This document shows positions 9,842 to 19,000 of a DNA stretch of 64,000 bases, in pieces (position 1 is the first letter of the stretch; each line of letters starts with the position of its first letter). Source of the DNA: a virus. Lineage: Duplodnaviria > Caudoviricetes. The translations under genes and the position numbers were made by a program. The DNA lies in the IMG/VR virus record IMGVR_UViG_3300048858_000027, positions 1 to 64,000 of that record. The stretch is one strand, 5' to 3'. Under the pieces are notes generated by a model. The model did not search any database. It saw only the letters and a program-made list of their open reading frames with translations, and was not told the DNA's origin.

Positions 9842-10402
9842 ATGGGGCTCCAGAAGCTCAACATCAGCACCACACCTGACGGGGGTGATGGTGATCACCT
9901 CCGTGCTGGTGGCGAGAAGATCAACGCGAACTTCGGAGAGCTTTACAGCGGCAAGCATGTCGAGGACGCGCCCACCGCTCAACTCCCCTCCGACACCGAT
10001 CTGTTCGGAATCCGCCAGGTCGGCGCGCTGCAAAAGCTGACCTTCGGCCAGCTCTGGGAATGGTTGCTGCAACGCCTGACGGCAAAGCTGCACCCAACCG
10101 TGATCGTCTCGGGTGTCGTGAACATCACCCAGGCCGCACACAACAACCGGATGCTGATCCTTAATCCCGGTGCTTCAGTTCTCATCGACTGGAACAACCT
10201 GAACAATGGTTTCTCCTGCGTTCTGTTGAACCGCACGGGCGCGAACCTCACGCCGACCACGCTCAACTTCACGCCCGGAGAGCCCGTCAATGCAGACAAC
10301 GCAACCATTCTCCGCCCTGCGGGGATGGCGGCCGTTCTGACGTTCTCACCAGATGGTGGAACGACCCGTATCCTGCGCCTCTCCGGCGAGCTGACTGACT
10401 AA
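9842..10402 (+). CDS. Fibre/whisker-like virion protein
   Basis: N-terminal DGGDGDHLRAGGEKINANFGELY motif typical of fibre and baseplate attachment segments. Confidence 0.55.
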   Translation: MGLQKLNISTTPDGGDGDHLRAGGEKINANFGELYSGKHVEDAPTAQLPSDTDLFGIRQVGALQKLTFGQLWEWLLQRLTAKLHPTVIVSGVVNITQAAHNNRMLILNPGASVLIDWNNLNNGFSCVLLNRTGANLTPTTLNFTPGEPVNADNATILRPAGMAAVLTFSPDGGTTRILRLSGELTD

Positions 10403-10446
10403 CCCTCCCACACCTGCGGGTGTGCCCTGAAAAACCAGAGGCTCCG

Positions 10447-10638
10447 ATGTCCACACCCGAGGAAGTCGCCACCCGCCTTGCTGTCCATGAGGCAGTCTGC
10501 GCGGAGCGTCAGTCTGCTATCATGCGCCGCTTGGATTGGCTCACCTACCTGATGGCAGGAGTTATCGTCTTCCTGCTGTTCGGCAAGGGGGACCTGTCAT
10601 CCTTCGTTCACTCGCTGATCGCCAAGGGCGCGAGCTGA
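10447..10638 (+). CDS. Small membrane protein (XhlA-like or second holin-like)
   Basis: RLAVHEAVCAERQ coiled coil then one TM segment; ATG 10447. Confidence 0.6.
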   Translation: MSTPEEVATRLAVHEAVCAERQSAIMRRLDWLTYLMAGVIVFLLFGKGDLSSFVHSLIAKGAS

Positions 10639-11333
10639 TGCGGGTGGTCACGCAAGGTGAGGATGCGACCTTCGACGTGCAGCTTGACCCTGCTGCCGAT
10701 GCCGGCACGGTGAAGTGGACGCTCCGCGATGCCAGTGGCACAGCCATCGGCACCCTCATGGGCGTGACCGTCAACAACCAGGCGGAGGCTCAGACCGTTA
10801 CCATTGGTGTCGAAGCGGTGGCTCATGCAAGCCTGGGCGCTCGCTTCCTGGCTGTCTCCTGGAAATCGGCGGGCGTCCCACGCCAGCAGTTTCTCAGCTA
10901 CCGAGTGACCCGTTGGTTCCCGATCACCTGCACGCCGGATGATGTGCGGGGCGTCCTGGGGCTCAATGCCGACGCCGAATTACCGGACTCGGACATCGAC
11001 CTGGCGGGTGCGGTGGAGATGGTCGAGGTAGGTCTGCCGAACCTGCTGGAGCTGCTAGCAGATCCCGGTGTGAAAGCGGCCCAGGCGAACCGTGCAGTCG
11101 TGTTGCGCACCGCCCTGACGCTGGCGCCGTCTCTACCCCTGCGTGCGGCGGAGTCCATGTCCTCGGACAGTGTGGCGTTCAAGCGCTTCAGCAAGGCCAA
11201 CCTGCCCAGCATCATCGCGGACATCGCCGCCGAGTATGGCAGCATCCTGCAGACGCTGCGGGGCGAGACGGAGGTGACGCCAACCCTGTTTGCGCTCACC
11301 ACCCGTGAAGCCGACCCAATCACGGGGTCCTGA
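10638..11333 (+). CDS. Putative head-tail adaptor
   Basis: ATG overlaps the upstream stop; CTPDDVRGVLG motif typical of connector proteins; position. Confidence 0.55.
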   Translation: MRVVTQGEDATFDVQLDPAADAGTVKWTLRDASGTAIGTLMGVTVNNQAEAQTVTIGVEAVAHASLGARFLAVSWKSAGVPRQQFLSYRVTRWFPITCTPDDVRGVLGLNADAELPDSDIDLAGAVEMVEVGLPNLLELLADPGVKAAQANRAVVLRTALTLAPSLPLRAAESMSSDSVAFKRFSKANLPSIIADIAAEYGSILQTLRGETEVTPTLFALTTREADPITGS

Positions 11334-11338
11334 TCCTG

Positions 11339-11875
11339 ATGCCCAGCCTCGGTTCCGTCGCCAGCGCCCTCGGCAGCCCCTTCCGTGTGAAGCACGCAGG
11401 GACCGTCCGTGGGGTCCTGCGCGCGCCGCCCGAGAGTGGCGCGGCGCTCAACCCCACCTTTCCGCCGCGCCGGATCCTGACCGTCTCCCGCAAGGAGAGC
11501 CTGGCTGCAGGGAATGTGATCACTGACCTGACGGGAAATCAGTTCCTGGTCGGTTCCTGGGCTGAGGACATCGCCTTCGGCGGCGCGATCGGGCGCAGCT
11601 TCGTGCTGTTCGAGGTTACAAAGACCGTCGCCTGGCAGCGCCAGACCTTCACAGTGGAACCCATCTCCGGCCAACGGATCGCCGGCGGGCTGGCCACCTT
11701 GGGCGAGATCGAGGTCGTCAGTGAACCACTGCGGGAATTGACGGGGACGGTGGGGACCACGCGAGTCTTCCGTTGCCTGACCGCGGCGCCGATCGAGGTT
11801 GGGGACATTGTGGGAGGTCAGAAAATCTTCCATGTCGAGCAGACGCTGGGCCTGACCTATGGCCAAGCCAACTAA
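11339..11875 (+). CDS. Putative head-closure protein
   Basis: Position after the adaptor; beta-rich 178 aa. Confidence 0.45.
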   Translation: MPSLGSVASALGSPFRVKHAGTVRGVLRAPPESGAALNPTFPPRRILTVSRKESLAAGNVITDLTGNQFLVGSWAEDIAFGGAIGRSFVLFEVTKTVAWQRQTFTVEPISGQRIAGGLATLGEIEVVSEPLRELTGTVGTTRVFRCLTAAPIEVGDIVGGQKIFHVEQTLGLTYGQAN

Positions 11876-12776
11876 CCTCACCGCATTCAACAACCAGCGC
11901 TTCGCTGCGTCGAAGATCCTCCAGAAAGCCATCCTGGAGCGGGTCGTCCTCGCGGTTGAGGCGCGGTCTACGGCTGTCGCCTTCGCGGTCCAGAAGGCCG
12001 CCAACCAGACGGTCGATCGCTTCTTCAGTGATCTCGTGACCTATATGGGGAAGGAGGCAGATCTTGCCTCCCAGATTGGCGGCATCGCGCGCCCGTGGAA
12101 TCCACTCAACGCGAAGTACGTGCTCCAGAAGGGCACCAGCGCCTACTGGCTCTACAGCAAGGCACCCCGCATCGCTGGTGGGCAGAAGGCGCGCGCCGCG
12201 CGCAACGCCAAGGTCGCTCGTCTGCGGAAGGGAAAAGCCGGCCCAGACCTGATGACGGAACTGAGGCGGGTGAAGGGTCTGGATATCCTCGGAGCACCCT
12301 CGGTGAGCGTGACCCTGGAAGATCGTGAAGCCCGCATCAAGCAAGAGGCGAAGGCCAAGGCAAGCCGCAGCGGTCGGTTCCTGCGGAATTACGACCTCAC
12401 CGTCTACCGCTACGCTGCCGTGAAGGTCGCAGAGATCTCGATCAGCCTCTGGGGCATGGTCGATCGCGCCAGCACCATGGGCCAAACCCTGGCAGGCCCG
12501 CGGCGCCGGTCAATCCCTCGCAGGCGCAACTTCGCGAACATCGAGAGCGAGATGGCAGCGAAGGGCGCCATCACGCAGAAGGCCCGTGACAAGCTGGTCA
12601 GTCGTAGCCGCGGGCGCTGGGGAACAGGCGCCAGGCGGCCTCACCGCCCTCTGATCCAACCGTTCATCCAGTATTATGCAACGGTCAAAATACCAAACAT
12701 GGTTCGGGCTGTAACCCAGGCCAAGTTCGGCGGTATCACCGCAGGCAACTATCCCACGAGGGCGCCGAGAAAATGA
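11859..12776 (+). CDS. Putative tail-completion/neck protein
   Basis: Basic 305-aa protein between head closure and tail terminator positions. Confidence 0.45.
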   Translation: MAKPTNLTAFNNQRFAASKILQKAILERVVLAVEARSTAVAFAVQKAANQTVDRFFSDLVTYMGKEADLASQIGGIARPWNPLNAKYVLQKGTSAYWLYSKAPRIAGGQKARAARNAKVARLRKGKAGPDLMTELRRVKGLDILGAPSVSVTLEDREARIKQEAKAKASRSGRFLRNYDLTVYRYAAVKVAEISISLWGMVDRASTMGQTLAGPRRRSIPRRRNFANIESEMAAKGAITQKARDKLVSRSRGRWGTGARRPHRPLIQPFIQYYATVKIPNMVRAVTQAKFGGITAGNYPTRAPRK

Positions 12777-13222
12777 TGATCAAGTATAAGCCGCTCCGCC
12801 TGAGCGTGATTCGCTTCATCAAGCAGATCGCAGCAGACTTCATGGCGAAGCATCCAGGTTCGCAGATCGAGTTCGTGGACCTGGACGCTGTGGAAGATCT
12901 GGAGAAGCTGCCAGCAGCGGACTGTATGGGCCTGTCCGCCTTCGCGCTTCAGCCCGACGAGAATATGGCGGATGTGTTCTTCGCGGTGGCGCTGAGCACC
13001 TGGAGTGACCCGGACAACCTGCGCCTGATCGACATGGTGGACCTGGCCTGTGACTACCTGCTGCCAGGCTGCAAGGTGGAAGTGTGGTCCGCTGATCCGG
13101 CGACCAACCCACCGAGCGGCTTCATGGTCGTGGCCAACGACACGTCCATCGACCCGGTGGACCGCGACGGCCACCGGGCCATCCAGTTCATCAACCTGCG
13201 ACTGAAGCCGATTGCTCGCTGA
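12773..13222 (+). CDS. Putative tail terminator
   Basis: Acidic 149-aa protein immediately before the tail-tube genes. Confidence 0.5.
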   Translation: MMIKYKPLRLSVIRFIKQIAADFMAKHPGSQIEFVDLDAVEDLEKLPAADCMGLSAFALQPDENMADVFFAVALSTWSDPDNLRLIDMVDLACDYLLPGCKVEVWSADPATNPPSGFMVVANDTSIDPVDRDGHRAIQFINLRLKPIAR

Positions 13223-13415
13223 GGCCCCGCGTCTGCTTCTCCTGAAGCGCGCGGAGAGCCTCACGGTCGTAGTATTCGGAGGTTTCGAGAGCTGACCGCA
13301 ACAGGAAAATCACTTCCTGATTGAAGCTCCGGTGATGCGTGATAGACCGGAGCTTCAAGATCCGAAACAGATCTTCCTCAATGCGGATGCTGTGACTGAT
13401 AAAAGGCATGATCAC
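13191..13415 (-). CDS. Arc-like ribbon-helix-helix DNA-binding protein
   Basis: SHSIRIEEDLFRILKLRSITHHRSFNQEVIFLLRSAL matches the Arc/Mnt pattern (RSxNxEI..L). Confidence 0.75.
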   Translation of the reverse strand: MIMPFISHSIRIEEDLFRILKLRSITHHRSFNQEVIFLLRSALETSEYYDREALRALQEKQTRGLSEQSASVAG

Positions 13416-13428
13416 TAATTCCAGGGTT

Positions 13429-13466
13429 TTGATTCGTTTCCCATTTTCACTATAAAAAAGTTATAG
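13429..13466 (+). promoter_or_regulatory. Putative promoter/operator between the arc-like gene and the first tail-tube paralog
   Basis: TTGATT-16-TATAAA; inverted repeat CTATAA-N5-TTATAG (13450-13466) overlaps the -10; resembles the late motif. Confidence 0.45.
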
Positions 13467-13484
13467 AGCAAGGAGTTTCAAGAG

Positions 13485-14354
13485 ATGAGCGCAGGCACTG
13501 CCCGCACCAACAAGTTCCTCATCTCTGCAGGCACGGTCCTGCTGGGAATGCCGAACGAGCTGTGGGATCTGACGCCTGAGAAGCACAGCCTTGGTCTCGT
13601 CAAGAACGTCCGCCTGATTACCGAGCCCGACCACACGGTGCTGTCGGGCAACGGCCGGGGTAAAGGGAACATCGCGTCGAACGCCTCGACGCTGAATGCC
13701 TCCATCTCCATGGAGGTGCATGAAGTCACCTCCCGCAACATCGCCTACGCTCTGGGGTTGGAGGGGCGCTCCTTCCAAGAGAGTGCCCCAGGGTATCGGA
13801 CAACGCTGATGCTGGATGACACCAGCACCGTGTCCTTCAAGGCGCCCACCGATGTCACGGCGGAGTTTCCTGTTGGCTCTTGGATCATGATCCAGGATCC
13901 GCTTGAGCCTGACGTTGTGCATCATGCTCAGGTAAGCGGCGCCAGCCAGGTCAATGGTGATCATAATGTCACCTTCACGGACCACCCCATTCCTGCAGGT
14001 AGCTACATCCAGCCGGGGGCTTTGGTGAGGCGGGTCAGCATGTTGCACATGTCCGAGCCGCAGCAACCGTTCTTCTCGATGAAGATCACAGGTGAACTGA
14101 CCAACCACGAGCCGATCTCGATCATCTGCCCGAAGGTGCGGATCAAGAAGGGCTTCTCCCTGGCGGTGAGCCTGGACAACTACGCCTCGCTCCCCTTCGT
14201 GGTCGCCCCGCATGACCTGCTGCCGCAGGATGCCTTCTATCCCATGTTCCGCAGGAACGGGCCGATCATGATCACCTCCAGGCACAATGAGCCGAACAGG
14301 CTCACTCTGGACAGCTTGAGGTCATTGTGGTCCTCGACTTCCATCCGGTTCTGA
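13485..14354 (+). CDS. Tail tube protein paralog
   Basis: Aligns by eye over its full length with 14437..15267 (LWDL.P..HS.GLVKN; FPVG.W.MIQD; QPFF..K; PK.RI..GFS; DLLPQD.FY). Confidence 0.8.
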   Translation: MSAGTARTNKFLISAGTVLLGMPNELWDLTPEKHSLGLVKNVRLITEPDHTVLSGNGRGKGNIASNASTLNASISMEVHEVTSRNIAYALGLEGRSFQESAPGYRTTLMLDDTSTVSFKAPTDVTAEFPVGSWIMIQDPLEPDVVHHAQVSGASQVNGDHNVTFTDHPIPAGSYIQPGALVRRVSMLHMSEPQQPFFSMKITGELTNHEPISIICPKVRIKKGFSLAVSLDNYASLPFVVAPHDLLPQDAFYPMFRRNGPIMITSRHNEPNRLTLDSLRSLWSSTSIRF

Positions 14355-14361
14355 TTGTTCG

Positions 14362-14373
14362 CTAATTAAAAGG
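14362..14373 (+). promoter_or_regulatory. Putative late-promoter motif CTAATTAAAAGG
   Basis: Shared motif upstream of the major tail tube gene. Confidence 0.5.
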
Positions 14374-14436
14374 AACGGACCTTCCGTGCATGACCTCATA
14401 GGTTGCAGCAGACATTTCTGCACCTAGGAGCTACCA

Positions 14437-15267
14437 ATGGCTGGTGAGGCACGTTCCTCCAGTTTCATGTTGGGGACTGCGACCGTCATGATCGGTCCCC
14501 AGAACGCGCTGTGGGATCTGCGTCCTGATCAGCACAGCATCGGTCTCGTGAAGAACTTCCAGGTCAGCTCCGAGCCGACCTACGTGGATCTGACGCAGGG
14601 CGCCAAGGGCACCACCGTCTATTCGGTGATGACCTCGAACCCCGTCCGGGCGCAGATGGAAGTCTACGAATACAGCGCCAAGAACCTGGCCTATGGTCTG
14701 GGTCTGGACGGCTCCGCGCTGGCCCCGGCTGGCTCCGTCTACAACACCGCTGCCGCCGTCCAGGGTAACGCCACGCCTGTGACGACGATCACCTTCATCT
14801 CCGCCACGAACGTCGCTACCGACTTCCCAGTCGGCGCCTGGGTGATGATCCAGGATGTGACGATCCCGGACGTGGTGCATTACGCGCAGCTCACCCTCGC
14901 GACGGCCACCACGGGCACGGCGCCGACCATCACGCACACGCTGACCTTCGCCAACCATGGCCTGAAGGATGGCTACAACTTCCCGGCTGGTTCGCGCGTC
15001 CAGGTGGTGAATCGTGTGGATGTCGGTTCCCCGGCCGAGCAGCCCTTCTTCGCTGCCAAGGTGCTGGCCGTGATGCCGGAGGCCAACAAGCCGGTGGCCC
15101 TGATGTTCCCGAAGATCCGCATCACCCGCGGCTTCTCGATGAGCTTCACCACCGAGAACTTCGCGAACCTGCCCTACCAGTTCACGCCCTTCGACCTGCT
15201 GCCGCAGGACCCGTTCTACTCCACGTTCCGCGACAAGGGCGGTGCCACCTTGATGACCCCGACCTGA
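14437..15267 (+). CDS. Major tail tube protein
   Basis: Strong codon bias, AGGAG RBS, strong terminator downstream, precedes chaperones and tape measure. Confidence 0.85.
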   Translation: MAGEARSSSFMLGTATVMIGPQNALWDLRPDQHSIGLVKNFQVSSEPTYVDLTQGAKGTTVYSVMTSNPVRAQMEVYEYSAKNLAYGLGLDGSALAPAGSVYNTAAAVQGNATPVTTITFISATNVATDFPVGAWVMIQDVTIPDVVHYAQLTLATATTGTAPTITHTLTFANHGLKDGYNFPAGSRVQVVNRVDVGSPAEQPFFAAKVLAVMPEANKPVALMFPKIRITRGFSMSFTTENFANLPYQFTPFDLLPQDPFYSTFRDKGGATLMTPT

Positions 15268-15288
15268 AGCGGGGAAGTCGAAGGGAAG

Positions 15289-15317
15289 AAGCCCGCCTCG
15301 AAAGAGGCGGGCTTTTT
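15289..15317 (+). terminator. Rho-independent terminator after tail tube
   Basis: AAGCCCGCCTC-GAAA-GAGGCGGGC-TTTTT. Confidence 0.9.
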
Positions 15318-15410
15318 CTATTAGTCACTAATACAGATTGCACAAGTTCCTTGAAGCGCCCAGCTCGTGGCCTGTAGAGAATAATAACAACTCCGCTTCA
15401 GGAACATATA

Positions 15411-15797
15411 ATGACTGATAAGTTTCCCGACCACATCATCGTCAACGTGAACGGTCAGCAGAAGTCGGTTCTGATGAGCTTCGGACTGATCCACGAACTG
15501 ATGAAGATCGTCTCGGACGTGACGGACGTTCAGATGCTGCTGCTGGACCCGAAGATGCAGGAAACGGCGCTGGGCGTCGTCTTCGCGGAGCGCAACGAGC
15601 GTGGAGAGGAAACCCGCCGGCCCGGCCTGCATGAGCTGAACCTGTCCGTTGCCGACGCGACCAAGGTGCTGAAGTGGGTGGCGGCCCATGTCCTGGATTT
15701 TTTTCTCACCGGGATCGAGGCGTCAGTGGAGACGCTCCAACCGCAGGAGGCACGCCTGAAAGGCTTGATGCCCTCTGGCGGTGGTTCTCCGGCCTAA
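15411..15797 (+). CDS. Tail assembly chaperone (G-like)
   Basis: Between tail tube and tape measure; overlapped by an open -1 frame. Confidence 0.7.
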   Translation: MTDKFPDHIIVNVNGQQKSVLMSFGLIHELMKIVSDVTDVQMLLLDPKMQETALGVVFAERNERGEETRRPGLHELNLSVADATKVLKWVAAHVLDFFLTGIEASVETLQPQEARLKGLMPSGGGSPA

Positions 15798-16081
15798 GCT
15801 GGTCTGAGGCGGTGTGCTGGGCGTTCGACACCGCGCCCAGCCGCCTCCCGATCGTCTTCTGGGCACACAGCCATAACGATCTTCAGACCAAGGTTCGCCT
15901 GAAGATCGGACATGAGCAGGCCAAGGTCATCCAGGACTTCCAGACCATGGCCCAGATTCTGAGCGCCGCTTTCGGCGGCGGCGGAAAGAGCAGCGGGTCG
16001 GCCCCTTCGGGTGATGTCGCGAAACCTCAGTCGGTCGAGGAGTTGCAGGCCGCCATGACCAACGTGTTCGGGATGCGCTAA
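15674..16081 (+). CDS. Tail assembly chaperone T-like segment, probably expressed by -1 frameshift; true start uncertain
   Basis: Open in the -1 frame relative to 15411; ends 1 nt before the tape measure ATG. Confidence 0.55.
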   Translation: MGGGPCPGFFSHRDRGVSGDAPTAGGTPERLDALWRWFSGLSWSEAVCWAFDTAPSRLPIVFWAHSHNDLQTKVRLKIGHEQAKVIQDFQTMAQILSAAFGGGGKSSGSAPSGDVAKPQSVEELQAAMTNVFGMR

Positions 16082-19000
16082 ATGGCCAACGAAGACCCTA
16101 TCAACATCCCGGTAACGGTATCCCTTGGGGATACTGGCTCTCAGGTCGAGAACCTGTCTCGGAAGATCGAAAGTCTGACGAGGCAGGTAGACAGCCTGGG
16201 TGGGGTCTTCGACCGGCTTGGTAAAGGTCAGAAGGGTCTTCAGGACACACTCGGCAAGCTGACCCAGATCCAGAAGGTTCTGGCCACGCCGAATGCCGAA
16301 GTGGGTCTCCTCAACGCGGTGAAGCGGGCCGCGGACCAGACCAAGAAGGCGCTGGACGAACTCCCGGTCCAGCGCCTGATGGCTGGAGGCCAGCAGGGTC
16401 TCGGGCGCATCGTCGCGAACACGGCGCGCTCGAACGATCCGGCCGCCGTCGCCTCGGCACAGGAAGTCGCTCGTCGTCAGGTAGCGGAACGCACCCTGAC
16501 GGTTGCGCAGCTTGAGGGCGCACGGGCGGCTACCAACAATGCGACCGAGATCAAGGATCTCACGCGGCAGATCAACGCGGCGAACAAGCAGCTCGGAGAT
16601 TGGTCCAAGCGCCTGGAGGGCATCAACGCCCGCATGGCGCAGATCGACAGTGATCTGAAGGTCCAGAAGGGCGTCACCAATCGGGTGCGCGGCCTGGAGA
16701 TCGACCGCCAGTTCCAGGCCACGGCTGAATACCAGGCCCGGATCGCCCGCCGCGCGTCTGAGCAACAGGCACGCGAGACCCAGCGCCAGTCGATCGAGGC
16801 CGATCGGCTCAACACCCGCATTCGTGCCAACACCCTGGGGGCGCCCCGCGCCCGCGATCAGGGCACGATGGAGGGGCTGGAATCCAACTCCCGCCTCCTG
16901 AGCCGGGATGACTACCGCCGTATGGTGGTCCAGAACGGCGTGGCGCGTGGGCTGCTGAACCAGCAGACCAGCGAAGCCCTCCTGGCCAACCCCGAGGGCT
17001 TCTCGCAGGGTGTGACCCTGGGCGTCATGCGTCGGAAGATGCAGGACGCGATCAAAGCGGCGGTCCAGACGCCGTTCGAGGAATGGTCGAAAGCCCTCGA
17101 AACTCTTGGGTCCGTCCGCACCGCCCGCACCCAGTGGCAGGCTCGCCTCGCTGACATCAAGCAGAGCACCGAAGCACAGCGGCTGGAAGAGGTCGCGGTG
17201 CGGGCGGCCGAGACCCGCGCCAACCTGCTGGCCAACAACACCCGGTATCGGACGGCTCAGATCAACGGCGGCGCTGCCAGCCAGCAGCTCAGCCAGGAGG
17301 CCCTGCTCCAGAACCTCCGCAACCCGGCCTATGTGTCGGGGCGCGAGTTCGCCGCGGCGCAGGGGCAGCGGATCAACAACGCCGCCTCCCTGCGGAACTA
17401 TAACGACCCTGATGCTGTCAATGAGATGGTGCGTCTCAGCCTGGCGCGTCAGCGGGCGAACAACCGCAGCCAGCGCGCGCTCATGGACGACCCGGAGCTG
17501 GCCGCTGAGACCCGGAGCATCTCCAGCGCCAAGACGATGGATCGTCTGACGGGCGACGGCGGTGCCACGCTGTTGAAGGTGCAGGGCATCCTGCTGCTGC
17601 ACTACACGCTGCTGAACAAGATTCAGAGCGTCTTCACCAACGCGGCGGGTGCGGTCGTCGCCTTCGACAACGAGCTGAAGCAGCTCCAGGCGATCTCCGC
17701 ATCCACCAACGGTGAGATGGAGGGTCTGCGGAAGACGATCCTGGATGTCTCCACAGGCACCAAGTTCTCGGCCACTGAGCTGACCGAGGCAGCCACGGCC
17801 ATGGCCCAGGCTGGTCTCTCGGCCCAGGACATCGGCTCGGCGCTGAAGGGCGTGAGCCTGCTGGCCACCGCCACGGGCACGGATTTGAAGACGGCGGTTG
17901 AGATCGCCACGACCTCTATGGGCGTCTTCAAGATGCGCGCCGATGAGATGCCCGGCATCGCCAACCAGATGACGGCAGCCCTGAACCTCTCCAAGCTGAG
18001 CGTGGAGCAGGTGGGTGTCGGCTTTCAGTATGTCGCCAACACCGCCGCTGAAGCGGGCCTGACCCTCACGGAAGTCACGGCCGCCATGGCAACCATGGCG
18101 AACCAGGGCATCCGCTCCGGTTCGACCATGGGCACTGGTATGCGCCAGCTCCTGATCGACCTTCAGAACCCATCCGAGGAGCTGACCAAGCGCATCCACC
18201 AGCTCGGGCTCGGCATGTCGGACATCGACGTGCGCGCCAACGGCCTGTCGGGCGTCCTGCAGAACCTGCGCAACGCAGGCTTCACGTCCGCTGACGCCTT
18301 CGCCACGATCGAGGTCCGCGCCGCGGCGGCTTTCACCGCCCTCTCTCGCGGCCAGGCTGACCTGACCAGCCTGACCCAAGGCATCCTGGAGGCGGATGGT
18401 GCCGCCAAGGCGAACGCTGTGCAGATGGAGAGCCTGGCGAACAAGGCGCTCCAGCTCGGCAACGTCATCGTGTCCCTGGCTGCCTCGGCCGCCGAGCCGC
18501 TGATGACGGCTCTGAAGGGCGTCGTCGGCGGGCTGACTGAGGTTCTCGGGCTTATCGACCCGAACAGCACCGCCCTGAAGGTGTTCGGCACGGTCGCCGC
18601 TGCCGTGGCAACGGGCGGCCTGGTGATCTGGCTAGGCCGGCTGGCGGTGAACCTCGTCAGCCTGCCGACCCTCCTCGGCGCGGCGCGCGGTGCAGTCCTC
18701 AGCTTCCAGATCGCGACTTCCAGCGCCACCGGAGCCTCGGTCGCCCTCGGATCCGCCATGAAGGCCATCCCGTTCCTGGCGATCGCAGGCGCCATCGGTG
18801 GCGTGATCACCTACATGGCGACCTATAAGAGCGAAGCCGATCTGGCTGCTGCCAAGAACGAGAAGCTGGCGGAGGCGGTCAACACCGCGAAGGCTGCCGT
18901 CGAGGACAAGAAGCAGAGCCTCGACAGCCTGGACCAGTTCCTCAACACGGTCATTGGCCGCACCGAGCAGCTCAGCCGGAACGAGGAGGAACTGAACCGG

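Noticed and set aside
7820-10141. 773-aa minus-strand ORF
   Set aside because: Antisense shadow of the codon-biased decoration and capsid genes in GC-rich DNA; no motifs.
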